DNA of 64,000 nt, taken from NCBI GenBank assembly GCA_965223665.1, contig OZ245011.1, positions 3,360,001-3,424,000 on the forward strand, written 5' to 3'. Both the position numbers and the translations under genes were made by a program. Under the pieces are notes generated by a model. It ran no database searches and had not been told where the DNA came from. It saw only the letters and a program-made list of their open reading frames with translations. This DNA comes from Nitrospinaceae bacterium (GTDB lineage Bacteria > Nitrospinota > Nitrospinia > Nitrospinales > Nitrospinaceae). This document shows, in pieces, positions 18,170 through 28,410 of this stretch. Numbering within the stretch: position 1 is the stretch's first letter; each line of letters begins with the position of its first letter.

Positions 18170-18871
18170 TTATTTTTCATTTCCTCCAAAAAGTGTTTTA
18201 TAGGTTACTCCAGCAATTACTGCCCCGGCAATAGGTGCTACCCAAAACACCCACAATTGAGAAATTGCCCAATCACCTGCATAAAGAGCCGTTCCTGTAC
18301 TTCGGGCTGGGTTTACGGAGGTATTAGTCACAGGAATGCTAATTAAGTGTATTAAAGTTAAGCCAAGCCCAATAGCAATTGGAGCAAATCCGGAAGGTGC
18401 ACGAGAATCTGTTGCTCCAAGTATTATCAATAAAAACATAAATGTCATGACAAATTCGCAAACCAAAGCTGCAGTGAGAGTGTATCCTCCGGGAGAATGG
18501 TTTCCAAAGCCATTCGATGCAAAACCGCTGCTGACATCAAATCCAGTTTTTCCAGTAGCAATAAAATATAGGACTCCGGCTCCTATTAAAGCTCCCACGA
18601 CTTGAGCGAAAATATAAGGAAGTAAACGATTTGCAGGAAATCGTCCTCCCATAAACAATCCAATAGAAACCGCTGGGTTTAAGTGACAACCTGAAATGTG
18701 ACCAATGGCATATGCCATTGTTAAAACTGTCAATCCGAATGCAAAGGAAACTCCAACTAATCCAATCCCTACTTCGGGAAAAGCGGCTGCCAGAATTGCG
18801 CTTCCACAGCCCCCCAAGACTAACCAAAATGTGCCAATGCATTCGGCAGTTACGCATTTAGCTAATGACAT
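18170..18871 (-). CDS. aqpZ: Aquaporin Z
   Basis: [12 protein letters not shown] and NTSVNPARS motifs. Confidence 0.96.
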   Translation of the reverse strand: MSLAKCVTAECIGTFWLVLGGCGSAILAAAFPEVGIGLVGVSFAFGLTVLTMAYAIGHISGCHLNPAVSIGLFMGGRFPANRLLPYIFAQVVGALIGAGVLYFIATGKTGFDVSSGFASNGFGNHSPGGYTLTAALVCEFVMTFMFLLIILGATDSRAPSGFAPIAIGLGLTLIHLISIPVTNTSVNPARSTGTALYAGDWAISQLWVFWVAPIAGAVIAGVTYKTLFGGNEK

Positions 18872-19119
18872 GGTTCGGCTCCTTAAGTTAATTATGTGGT
18901 TAGGGTTAGGCTACAATTTTTAAAACCAATTAAAGAATTTCATAATTAATTTCGATTATATATTAAATGGTTAGATATGGCTACATTGAAATGGCTTTTG
19001 TGGGGTCGGACTGGCGTGGGATATTGAATTATGTTTTTTTGTATTTTTGATTAAAAGTAAAATTTTTGACGAATTGCCCTTGAAAAAGTCTGGACAGATT
19101 ATTGTGTGATTAAAAATTT

Positions 19120-20784
19120 TTATTTTAGGAGAGGATGTTTTCTGTTTAATATTTCCCTGAGTTTTGTTTGCAGTGTTATTTTGTCCCCAGAGAATCGTTT
19201 GCCATCAAAGTATAAAATCACTGGATAAAAAGGATCGGAGTTCTCATCCGCATTTAAGGCTACTTGGTCTGGATTAATAGAATGTTTTCCAATCGCTTTA
19301 GAGGTGGCAAAGTCAATATTAAAAAAAGTTCTATAGGCTAACTCTGAGCAGACGATTTTTTTTTCTGTGTTTACGTCAAAGTTGAAATCATAATCCTTTC
19401 CAATTTGCTTAAAGGCTTCCAGTAGATACTTTTGTTTATTATTTCTAGTTAAGCAGAATTTAATTGAATTATTTCCGGATGGGCAATCTTTTGGTCTTAA
19501 TATGGCGAGATCATCAATATTTAAAAAATTTCGAAGTGAGTTTATTTCCACTCCTGGTCGTAGAGCTTCAATAATACTTTGCCCTTTGCGAATGGATTCC
19601 TGAAATGAAGGCCCCTTGTAAGCGTAGTGTATTTTAGCCAGGTTATAATAATGTGGAAGTTTTTCCCAAACTCCTAATTCTTTTAGTTCTTTTTCCGTCC
19701 CTACCCAAATTGCAACATGACCATAGTGACCTGGAATAAATCTGTCAGTGAGGCGAAAAGGAGTCTTTTCCAAAAGAATATCCAAGGGCCTCATCTCTTT
19801 CTGTAAAGTTTTTAATTCTTGTTTAGGTAAATCCCAGAGTTTTCCTTTTCGGGTTTGAATGACTCCAATGCTGTTTCCAAAAACCATGCTTAGGGCATGC
19901 GTAGTATGATTGTTTGTTAAAAATATATTGTCATTGTTTTGTTTAATAAACCATTGGAACCTATTTATTAAACGTGAAATAAGGTTTTTTTCTTCCAAAT
20001 TCCTACTGAGTTCTTTAAAAGTAAAACTTTCATTTATCAAATGGTTCAATTCTGTTGGATAAGGTTTGGATCTATTATTTTTATAGCGAAATGGTTCAGT
20101 CTTTTTATAAAACTTAAACGCCTGGATTAGACGATTAGAATATTTGAATGTTCCGTTGTAATTATTCCAGATTTGTTGAATAGATTTTGAAATTTTTTTT
20201 TGTGAATCTGGAAAATCGAAAAAAAGACTTCTCCGCATTACCTGTTTTTTTAAATAAGGATCCAAACTGAGAATGTAGTTATCAATTAGAATTAGAGATC
20301 CGGCAAAGGCAATCTCAAAGTTTCTCAAAAAAGCTTCACCAAAAGGATCGTTTGGATTGATTTGAATAGGGTCGTTGTGTAAATCAGAAACTTTTTCTGG
20401 AGTTATATTAATTTGGTCATAATCAAATTTAAGAAAGTCAGGGTTAATTAAGTTTATAACAGGCTTTCTAACCTGCAATATATAATATGCAAATGAATCA
20501 TGTAATTTGCGAGTATTTAAAGAAGATAGGCGGTCGTCGTGTGTATTAAAAAACTCCGATATTTCATGATAATAAGTATTCGCCTCTTTTCTCCATTCGA
20601 TAGATTTCTCCCAATATGTTAATAAAGCCAATATTTTCTTTTCAGCTTTTAAGTACTGATAAGTCTGGTTTGAGCTTTCCTTGGGAGAATGAATTCCTGG
20701 TGGTAAGCCGGAATAGTTGTTAAATGCGCATCCTGTCAAAAAGTAAAGAAGGATGATATTCCAATATAAATATTTTTTAAACAC
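19120..20784 (-). CDS. Lipoprotein with C-terminal permuted papain-like NlpC/P60 (YiiX/YebB-like) domain
   Basis: Lipobox LTGC, AAAGGAG RBS, GHYGHVAIW (His) preceding YDFNFD...IVCSEL (Cys). Confidence 0.82.
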   Translation of the reverse strand: MFKKYLYWNIILLYFLTGCAFNNYSGLPPGIHSPKESSNQTYQYLKAEKKILALLTYWEKSIEWRKEANTYYHEISEFFNTHDDRLSSLNTRKLHDSFAYYILQVRKPVINLINPDFLKFDYDQINITPEKVSDLHNDPIQINPNDPFGEAFLRNFEIAFAGSLILIDNYILSLDPYLKKQVMRRSLFFDFPDSQKKISKSIQQIWNNYNGTFKYSNRLIQAFKFYKKTEPFRYKNNRSKPYPTELNHLINESFTFKELSRNLEEKNLISRLINRFQWFIKQNNDNIFLTNNHTTHALSMVFGNSIGVIQTRKGKLWDLPKQELKTLQKEMRPLDILLEKTPFRLTDRFIPGHYGHVAIWVGTEKELKELGVWEKLPHYYNLAKIHYAYKGPSFQESIRKGQSIIEALRPGVEINSLRNFLNIDDLAILRPKDCPSGNNSIKFCLTRNNKQKYLLEAFKQIGKDYDFNFDVNTEKKIVCSELAYRTFFNIDFATSKAIGKHSINPDQVALNADENSDPFYPVILYFDGKRFSGDKITLQTKLREILNRKHPLLK

Positions 20785-21117
20785 AGCACTCCTTTATCGG
20801 ATCCTCAATTAAATAGAGATGATTGTAACTGAATTTAGTATTTTCTTTTGTTGCAACCTCCCCTTTTTATGTTAGGCAGGTTATATTTATTAGTCTAAGA
20901 AATTTATCAATAAGCCAAAAATTTTTATTCCTTCTTAAAGTGTTAAAAATTAAAAATTAATTAACTTCCCCCTTTAAATCAATAAGTTTATGTGCAATAA
21001 TCCGCATCGAAATCACCAAAAATATATTCGGATATTAGAAAACTAATTTACTGAAAACTGTTTTAAAAATTTAGCTCGTGTTTCAAAAGTAATGTAGGCC
21101 AACTTTAACCTTATTAA

Positions 21118-21603
21118 ATGGAATATGGATCGATGGAAAATCTAAAAATTGCCCAAAGAAATAGAAATGATTGGCATAGAATCGCCGCCGTTTTACTTTT
21201 TCTCATAGCTTTGGTAATCCAAACGGGTTGTGCGGTCAAATTTGTTTCATCTTATGACGAGCAAACAGATAAAGCTGTTACAGCTTTACAAAGGAAAGTT
21301 GAAACATTTCTAGTACTTTCACAATTTAAAGCAGGAAGTCCAGATTGGACATATGATAAAACCAAGAATTTTTATAATGATATAGCAGTCGATCTAAGTG
21401 CAATTCGAGTAAGAGCACAAGCAATCGATAAAAATGAATTGACCATTAAACAATTAGCGCTGGTCCAGGATAATTTTAACAAGATGGAGCAATTGCAAAA
21501 ATCAGGTCAGTTCTCAGGACCAGTAATTGAAAATCTTAGAAATTCATTAAATTCTCAATTTACGGCTATTTTAAAACTTGAACTAGCAAAAAAACGTCAA
21601 TAA
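21118..21603 (+). CDS. Hypothetical lipoprotein
   Basis: Hydrophobic stretch ending QTGC, then a helical domain. Confidence 0.7.
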   Translation: MEYGSMENLKIAQRNRNDWHRIAAVLLFLIALVIQTGCAVKFVSSYDEQTDKAVTALQRKVETFLVLSQFKAGSPDWTYDKTKNFYNDIAVDLSAIRVRAQAIDKNELTIKQLALVQDNFNKMEQLQKSGQFSGPVIENLRNSLNSQFTAILKLELAKKRQ

Positions 21604-21641
21604 AAATACTGATTCCCAAATTATAAATACAGGAGTTTGTT

Positions 21642-21971
21642 ATGGGATTAAAAATTTCTAGTTTATCTAAAAGTATGTTATCCGCTGCCAAAGGGACTTT
21701 TAAAGAAAAGTGGCCAGAGATAAAAGATTATGCTGAATTAGAATCCAAAAAGTTGGCCCAAAGTTTAATATCAATTGAGAAAATGTTTGTAAAAGGGACA
21801 ATTGATAAACAAACTGCAAAGCTATTACTGGACATAAATAAAAATACAACAAAAACAGTATTGCTTACAGTAGAAGGAATGGGATTAATTGCTGCCGAGC
21901 AGGCTATTAATGCTGCCTTAAAGGTGGTCAAGGATAGTGTGAATAGTGCAATCGGTTTTGCTCTTATTTAA
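21642..21971 (+). CDS. Small helical hypothetical protein
   Basis: CAGGAG RBS; 109-aa ORF co-oriented 38 nt after the lipoprotein gene. Confidence 0.7.
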   Translation: MGLKISSLSKSMLSAAKGTFKEKWPEIKDYAELESKKLAQSLISIEKMFVKGTIDKQTAKLLLDINKNTTKTVLLTVEGMGLIAAEQAINAALKVVKDSVNSAIGFALI

Positions 21972-22017
21972 AAGAACTTTAAAAAAAGAGCGTTTGAAAT
22001 TTAAAATTGGCTGGGTT

Positions 22018-22812
22018 TTAACGTAAAATTGTGTTGAATCTAAGGCTTTCTTTGTATTTAAACCAAACCCATAAAAGCCAAGCCCAAGTGGATAATATTC
22101 CGAACCAACCAAAGGCGGTTACCACAGAGGCAAGGGCAGTATCTTTTTCTAGTAAACCAAAATGGGAAAAGATATTTTTCCAATCATGAGCTTCTTCGCC
22201 TAAACCCCCGATCAAGGGCAGGGCCAGAGCTCGGGCATCTGCCATATAAACTGCAACGTCGAGGCAATTTTCAAAAAACCAAAATAAGCCAAAAGCAAAT
22301 CCTACAGCATCTCTCCTCGTCCAAAAGGAAGCGGTGACTATTAATGGAATTAGCAACTGGTTCATACTTCCTCCCAAAATTGTCAAAATACTAATTCCAA
22401 AAACTCCAAAGATCCAATGGCCAGCTTCATGAAACACTAAGTTCACATTATGAGTTAAATACAGTAATTTTGAATCTGAACCCATCATGTCCTTGGTAGC
22501 CAATAAATAAACCATAAACACCCACCCAATAGAAAATGATAGAACCGTCACTTTTGAAATTGGTTTCCAGGGAATTGATGCTGTTTCTTCCAGGTAAGCA
22601 AAGTATCTTTTAAATTGTGTACTTAATCCTAAGGATTCTTCTTCAGGAGAATTTATTGATTCATCATTTATTGAATTTTGGATTTCTGAGTCAAATTCAG
22701 GGGGTGGGACTGATTTTCTTTGTTGGATCTCAATATATTTGGAAATAACTATCCCGCAATAAGGACAAGATTCAGAGGATGGAAAGTTATTGCTGCATTT
22801 GGGGCATTTCAT
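22018..22812 (-). CDS. Zinc-ribbon membrane protein with HExxH (peptidase M50B-like)
   Basis: CPKC...CPYCG N-terminus, FHEAGH, HDW, multiple TM helices. Confidence 0.7.
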   Translation of the reverse strand: MKCPKCSNNFPSSESCPYCGIVISKYIEIQQRKSVPPPEFDSEIQNSINDESINSPEEESLGLSTQFKRYFAYLEETASIPWKPISKVTVLSFSIGWVFMVYLLATKDMMGSDSKLLYLTHNVNLVFHEAGHWIFGVFGISILTILGGSMNQLLIPLIVTASFWTRRDAVGFAFGLFWFFENCLDVAVYMADARALALPLIGGLGEEAHDWKNIFSHFGLLEKDTALASVVTAFGWFGILSTWAWLLWVWFKYKESLRFNTILR

Positions 22813-23073
22813 TGCTAATTCATTTTAGTTTTTCCTTTAGATTAATGGCAATGTTTTTCAAATTCAATGAGTGGAAAATTGAATCGCTATTGCTCGTTAA
22901 TATTAAGATAGGCAATCCCTTCAAATCCTTATTATATTAAAGCCGCAAAATTCAAAGAAAAATGTATAAAAAATTAGAGGGAGTGGTTAATTTTTTAAAC
23001 GTCATTTAATTAAAAATAAAATTGTGTGTTTGAAAACTATTGAAAAATAGCTAGTTATGATTTGAATAATTTT

Positions 23074-23090
23074 TGGCCTCCTTTTTGCTA
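23074..23090 (+). promoter_or_regulatory. Sigma54 (-24/-12) promoter
   Basis: TGGCCTCCTTTTTGCTA, i.e. GG-N10-GC. Confidence 0.6.
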
Positions 23091-23206
23091 TAAAAATATC
23101 GATGTAAGAATATCAACCTTCTGAATTGTTGCTCACCTTCAAGATAGATTATTCAATTTTTCTTATTTAGGTTTTACAAACTAATGAGTATCTATAAGGA
23201 GTAAAT

Positions 23207-23620
23207 GTGCAGATCCTTACCATTGATAAAAATAAGAAGATATGTAAATTCATTGAGGGAAACTTGTTGAATATTGGGTATTCTAACAAACCCCTGGTGC
23301 ATCATGCTTTTAATATTGATGAGGCTTTAGAATGGCTCCAAAAATTACAGTTTGATTTAATTATTATTGATCCCCTGGTCTCCAATCAATATAGTTTACC
23401 ACTTATAAGTATGGCAAAAACCTTATTTCCTTTTACGAAAATAATTACCTTTAGTTACTTTTCTCAAAACCCTTCTTTTTTCGAAAGTAAAAAAGAGTGT
23501 ATTACTTGGGGAGCTGATTACTGTTTAGACAAGACAATGCAATGGCAAGAATTTCCAATTGTATTTAAGAAAATATTGTTTCCTTGTATACGAGGAACCT
23601 TTAGTTATGAAAATAATTAA
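23207..23620 (+). CDS. Stand-alone response regulator receiver domain (atypical)
   Basis: ILTID, FDLIIID, IITFS, GADYCLDK; TAAGGAG RBS before GTG. Confidence 0.7.
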   Translation: MQILTIDKNKKICKFIEGNLLNIGYSNKPLVHHAFNIDEALEWLQKLQFDLIIIDPLVSNQYSLPLISMAKTLFPFTKIITFSYFSQNPSFFESKKECITWGADYCLDKTMQWQEFPIVFKKILFPCIRGTFSYENN

Positions 23621-23806
23621 AAAAAAATACAATCTGGTATTTTCGGTATTGGATTTAAATATTAAAGTTGCCTTTCCCGTCCCTATTTAATCATTTTTCC
23701 AATTTATCTTTAATTTGGTTTTCTATTGCCTTATATTTTTATATATAGGGTAAATAAATCAAATATGTAAGAAATTTTTGCTATATATTTATAGGGGCTA
23801 TTTTCT

Positions 23807-25045
23807 GTGTCAAACCAAACAATTCTCGTAGTTGATGATGATTTAAAAGCATGTTCTAACATTAAACGCTATATGACCAACCAGGATTTTGAAGTGGAAT
23901 CGGTGCCCGATGGGGAAGAAGGTTTAGCCAAAGTGGATGAGTTGGACCCTAGTTGCGTTCTTTTAGATATTCGTATTCCAAAAATTAATGGCGTGGAGTG
24001 TTTGAAGAAACTGCGAAAAACTCACCCTAAACTTCCAATATTTATGATCACTGGGATAGATCATGATGAATTAAAGGAAGGGTGCTTAAAGGCAGGGGCA
24101 AAAGGTTACTTTAAAAAACCAATTGATTTCGAAAGTCTTTTGGCAGAAATAAATAGTGCAATATCTATAGATCAGAATGGACATGGACATGCCTCCTCAA
24201 AAGAGGGCGGTGGGCTCAATGCTATAGATATTGTTGACGATGTTGTTGCTTCTCCTCCAACGATTTACCATCAACTACAACAAGCGATAGATGATCCAGA
24301 AAGCGGGTTCAATGATTTTGAAAAGATTATCAGTAATGATCCGGCTTTGTCAGCTCGCCTGTTAAAAGTTGTAAACAGCCCATTTTATGGTTTGGGATCA
24401 AAGGTTTCGACAATTACGCATGCATTGAATATTGTGGGAACGGACCAGTTAGCTGATTTAGCGTTAGCAACGGGAGTTTTGACCCAATTCAAAGGAATTC
24501 CAAAAGATGTGATCAATATGGATTCTTTTTGGAAGCATAGTATTGCGGTTGGTTTAGGAGCTCGCATTATGGCTAAACATCTTCAGGTAAAGGATGTAGA
24601 GAAGTTCTATTTAGCCGGAATGTTGCACGATTTAGGAAGTTTGATTTTGTTTAAAGAAGCTCCAGAAAAAATGAAAAAAATATTAGATTCTGCTATAGAG
24701 CGAAAAACACATTTGTTTGAAGAAGAAGATCAATTTTTAAATTTTACGCATGCGGAAGTGGGACAAAATTTATTAAAGAAATGGGACCTCCCGAAAAGTT
24801 TAATTGAAGGAGTTGCATTTCATCATAACCCATTAGAAGCCACAAAACACAAGACCCAAGCCCTGATTGTGCATATTGCCGATTCTATGGCGTATAAGCT
24901 TGAATTAGGAGCTAGTGGAGAACCTCAAGTACCACAACTGTCCGCAGAGGTCTTAGAGGAAATTGGATTAACTGAAGATGACTTAAATGGTTTTGAAGAG
25001 ACATTGACCAGTGAATTCAATGAGGTCAGTGGAATGTTTGTTTGA
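23807..25045 (+). CDS. Response regulator receiver plus HDOD domain protein
   Basis: ILVVDDD, LLDIRIP, KP; DPALSARLLKVVNS, FWKHS, GMLHDLG, HAEVG. Confidence 0.9.
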   Translation: MSNQTILVVDDDLKACSNIKRYMTNQDFEVESVPDGEEGLAKVDELDPSCVLLDIRIPKINGVECLKKLRKTHPKLPIFMITGIDHDELKEGCLKAGAKGYFKKPIDFESLLAEINSAISIDQNGHGHASSKEGGGLNAIDIVDDVVASPPTIYHQLQQAIDDPESGFNDFEKIISNDPALSARLLKVVNSPFYGLGSKVSTITHALNIVGTDQLADLALATGVLTQFKGIPKDVINMDSFWKHSIAVGLGARIMAKHLQVKDVEKFYLAGMLHDLGSLILFKEAPEKMKKILDSAIERKTHLFEEEDQFLNFTHAEVGQNLLKKWDLPKSLIEGVAFHHNPLEATKHKTQALIVHIADSMAYKLELGASGEPQVPQLSAEVLEEIGLTEDDLNGFEETLTSEFNEVSGMFV

Positions 25046-25145
25046 TTTTTATAAATAAACTTTCCTTTAAATATCTTTATTTCATATCAATTTCAAATAC
25101 AAATATAATCTTGCCTTAATATTTTTATAATAAAATTAGGAAATC

Positions 25146-26042
25146 CTACCCGAAGGCTGATTCTAAAGCCGGATAACTAAATCCCAATATATGAAATGTG
25201 TTAAGTAGAAAATGGAATAAAACGCTACTTTCAATACGGTTGGTTTTTTGATAAACCCAACCGTAGAAGAAACCGGCAATAAATGCGAGAAAAATATATT
25301 TAGGTCCACCGGCGAAGTGGTCTAACCCAAATAAAAAGGAAGATATTGTAAGAGAAGCTAAAGGACCCCATGAAAAATTTTTCCAATATGAAGAAAGTTC
25401 TCTTTGAATGAATCCCCGAAAAATAAGTTCCTCAGGCAAGCACGTAAAGAAAAACATTTTTAAGGCCCAGATCACAAAAAAGTCGGGGAACTTTGGATCC
25501 CATTTAATATATCCTAATAAAAAGGAAAGTATTAAAACTAAAAATGACCCAATAAGAAATATGGGGGAAATAGTGGTCACCATAGATTTTAATTCTTTTG
25601 TTTTATGAATTAAATTGGGAATGATTAGCAGAAGAAAAAGCCCCACAATGCCTTTATCAAAATTTAGATAAAAACTATAGGGTATGCTGTCAGGGGACAA
25701 TTTAGTCTCTGAAACTATTTTCCAATTGAAAAAACCCGGACTAAAATGGTGTGAAAGAATAAGTCCCCAGAGAACGATTACAAATGCTAGGAAGGTTTTT
25801 ATTAAGCTTTTATAGTTTCTGGAATAATAAAAAAAGATGAGGGCTCCGAATCCCACTATATTTAAAAGACCTAAAAGAGCTATTCTTCCAGAAACTAATC
25901 CGATTATTGTAGAAAGCAAAAAAAATACAATCCACCATTTTCGATAATTAATGAACCAGAGAAAAATGATGGATATAGTTAATAGAGAATAGGTTGCGAT
26001 TGATAAGATATAGGCAGAATTCATAAAAATTTTATTAGTCAT
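25146..26042 (-). CDS. CPBP (Abi/CAAX) intramembrane metalloprotease
   Basis: EELIFRG, FGLDH, H...N motifs; many TM helices. Confidence 0.88.
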   Translation of the reverse strand: MTNKIFMNSAYILSIATYSLLTISIIFLWFINYRKWWIVFFLLSTIIGLVSGRIALLGLLNIVGFGALIFFYYSRNYKSLIKTFLAFVIVLWGLILSHHFSPGFFNWKIVSETKLSPDSIPYSFYLNFDKGIVGLFLLLIIPNLIHKTKELKSMVTTISPIFLIGSFLVLILSFLLGYIKWDPKFPDFFVIWALKMFFFTCLPEELIFRGFIQRELSSYWKNFSWGPLASLTISSFLFGLDHFAGGPKYIFLAFIAGFFYGWVYQKTNRIESSVLFHFLLNTFHILGFSYPALESAFG

Positions 26043-26094
26043 TAATATTTTAAAAATAAATTATTCTAAAACCATTTAATGGATGGAAAATTAA

Positions 26095-26805
26095 ATGAAA
26101 TTGATTAAAAAAGCATTAACAATTTTAATCTTGATTAGTTTGGGGGTATCGGTAGGGTGTTCACAACCTACACAATTCAATTCCAACTTAGCCCGTGGGC
26201 TGGTTTACAAAAATGCATATACCATTAAAGGAGAAAAAAATTTTTGGAAAGGATACCCTGCAAAAACCTTTAATGGAATGACAAATGCGGTAATTGAAAT
26301 TCCAACAGGTACAAACGCCAAATGGGAAGTTAATGAGCACGATGGAACCCTTCAATGGGAACATAAAAAGGGAATTCCAAGAATGGTTCGTTATATCAGC
26401 TATGTGGGCAATTATGGAATGATTCCTCAAACTCTCCTACCCAAAGAAGAAGGTGGGGATGGGGATCCTTTGGATATTTTAATATTAGGACCTGCTTTAC
26501 CTCGTGGATTGGTTGTGCCTGTGAAAGTAATTGGAATGCTAAAATTGTTAGACCGCGGAGAGCAGGATGATAAATTAATTGGCGTACCTGCTTCAAATTC
26601 GATTTTGGATATAAATTCTCTAAAAGACCTTAAAGAAAAATATCCTGGAACCCTGGAAATCATCCAGCTTTGGTTCCAAAATTATAAGGGACCAGGAAAA
26701 ATGGAAACCAAGGGATTCGCTGGGTTGGATGAGGCACAAAAAAGACTTCTAACTGCCATTGAAGGCTATAAAAGATTACAAAATCCTACGACAGCACTGA
26801 ATTAA
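26095..26805 (+). CDS. ppa: Family I inorganic pyrophosphatase with lipoprotein signal
   Basis: VIEIP.G...KWE, YVGNYGMIPQT, DGDPLD, DRGEQDDK, WFQNYK; N-terminal SVGC lipobox. Confidence 0.88.
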   Translation: MKLIKKALTILILISLGVSVGCSQPTQFNSNLARGLVYKNAYTIKGEKNFWKGYPAKTFNGMTNAVIEIPTGTNAKWEVNEHDGTLQWEHKKGIPRMVRYISYVGNYGMIPQTLLPKEEGGDGDPLDILILGPALPRGLVVPVKVIGMLKLLDRGEQDDKLIGVPASNSILDINSLKDLKEKYPGTLEIIQLWFQNYKGPGKMETKGFAGLDEAQKRLLTAIEGYKRLQNPTTALN

Positions 26806-26826
26806 ATAATTTGATAATATGAAACC

Positions 26827-27444
26827 ATGAGTTTCTATTCCGAGAATATTTTACCTTACGGAGTCGAATGGTGCATGCGGGGAAAGCCTTTCCAAGAGAT
26901 TCGAGGTAAATACTTAAAAGATGTTCAAGGTGTTGTATTAGAGGTTGGTTTCGGTTCTGGTTTGAATCTTCCTCATTTAAAAAATGAAATAAAAGAATTT
27001 TTTGCTTTAGATCCTTCCCTCATTGGTCGGCGGTTGGCTAAGAAAAGAATTTCTAAATTCCCCTCTAAAATAAAGTTTGTAAATTGGATCCAGGATTCCA
27101 TTGATATGCCGGATAATTCTATTGACTCTCTTGTTACTACCTGGACCTTGTGTACTATTCCTTATCCAATTCAGGCTTTAAAGGAATTTAAAAGGGTGTT
27201 AAAACCAGACGGTGTTTATTATTTTATTGAGCATGGTCAATCCCCGGATAAATCCGTTGCACGTTTACAAAATTTGTGGAACCCAATTCAAAAGAAATTT
27301 GCAGGGGGTTGTCACGTAAATCGCAATATGGAAAGTTTAATTCTTGATTCCGGATTTCATCTGGAACAACTGGACAAGTTTTACATGGAAGGACCAAAAA
27401 TATTCACTTATTTATATTGTGGAAGAGCTAATCCAAAGGGTTGA
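26827..27444 (+). CDS. Class I SAM-dependent methyltransferase
   Basis: VLEVGFGSG, TLCTI, RVLKPDG, IEHG, GGC. Confidence 0.88.
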   Translation: MSFYSENILPYGVEWCMRGKPFQEIRGKYLKDVQGVVLEVGFGSGLNLPHLKNEIKEFFALDPSLIGRRLAKKRISKFPSKIKFVNWIQDSIDMPDNSIDSLVTTWTLCTIPYPIQALKEFKRVLKPDGVYYFIEHGQSPDKSVARLQNLWNPIQKKFAGGCHVNRNMESLILDSGFHLEQLDKFYMEGPKIFTYLYCGRANPKG

Positions 27445-27477
27445 CCTATGGCTTATTGGATAAAAGTTTTTTAGAAT

Positions 27478-28287
27478 TCAAGCCACGGCGTTTAATAAGC
27501 TTCCGATTTCTTTTCCGGTGTTAGGCTGAGAAAAGTTTTGAATAATTTTTTCCCTATTAGATGGTGGTCCCCCCCGAACTGAGTTGACCTCCGAAATATT
27601 TTCAGAATTATTATTTGATCTTTCTTCTGAAACTTTAGAAGGTTTCGAATTGAAGTCCAAGGCAGGAGAGCTTTCTTCTTTTTCTGAAGTCTTTTCAATT
27701 TTCTCTTGGGCAAGCTCCTGGCGAGCTTGGGCTTCCATTTTGGAAGCGGCTGCTGCAACGCTACGATCTTGGGCCGAAGGTTCTGCAGGGGCTGTTGCAG
27801 CTCGTCGAATGGTTTGAGCTTTACGAATAGTGGCTTCAGGATTGTCAGGGACAGGTGAAGTATCTATCTGAACCTCTCCTCCAACAGCATATCGTTTCCC
27901 ATCAGGTCCAGTGGTATAAGTATAAGAAGGACCTCCTCGAGCTAATCCTCCGGCGGCGGCTTGGTGCGCGCGCTCATGGGCTTTTACTTCCCTATCACGT
28001 GCTTTCAACTGCTCTACTATTTTTTGCTCTTCTTGGGTAAGCTCCTCTTCACAATCCTCACAATCTGAATTATTGTTTATAACTGTTGTTTTTTCATTTT
28101 CTTCGGTTGTTAAAGAAGAGGGAGATCTTTCAGAATTTTTACCACTTAACACGACCTTATCTTGAACAGCAGCGGCAATTGAATTGGCAGGGTTATCTTT
28201 TGTAAATTTAGGGGTGCTGGAGGAATTTCTCAGGTCCAATCCTGTATATGTTGAAGAAATTATTTTTTCGCTAACTCCAATTTCCAT
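27478..28287 (-). CDS. SprA-related putative metalloprotease-family protein
   Basis: LKARDREVKAHERAH, GPDGKRYAVGGEVQID, AATAPAEPSAQD. Confidence 0.8.
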   Translation of the reverse strand: MEIGVSEKIISSTYTGLDLRNSSSTPKFTKDNPANSIAAAVQDKVVLSGKNSERSPSSLTTEENEKTTVINNNSDCEDCEEELTQEEQKIVEQLKARDREVKAHERAHQAAAGGLARGGPSYTYTTGPDGKRYAVGGEVQIDTSPVPDNPEATIRKAQTIRRAATAPAEPSAQDRSVAAAASKMEAQARQELAQEKIEKTSEKEESSPALDFNSKPSKVSEERSNNNSENISEVNSVRGGPPSNREKIIQNFSQPNTGKEIGSLLNAVA

Positions 28288-28334
28288 TAGCTATCCAAAA
28301 ATTAAAGATTCAAATGAAATTTTCCCTTATCTTT

Positions 28335-28362
28335 TTTTCGGAAAGTTTTCTTAAAAACTTTA
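28335..28362 (-). promoter_or_regulatory. Putative sigma28 (FliA)-type promoter
   Basis: Minus strand reads TAAAGTTT start, TAAA-N16-TCCGAAAA, about 48 nt upstream of the SprA-like gene. Confidence 0.45.
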
Positions 28363-28410
28363 GAAAAAAATAAAATTTTGAGAAAATATATAATGGCGGA
28401 AATCAATGCT

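Noticed and set aside
19001-19020. Short GC-rich patch TGGGGTCGGACTGGCGTGGG upstream of aqpZ, faintly like the tRNA-Asp 5' end
   Set aside because: Only about 7 nt match and no stable fold was evident; likely chance.
20794-20801. Sigma28-like TCCGATAA upstream of the NlpC/P60 lipoprotein
   Set aside because: No TAAA -35 at the right spacing, and the element overlaps the RBS.
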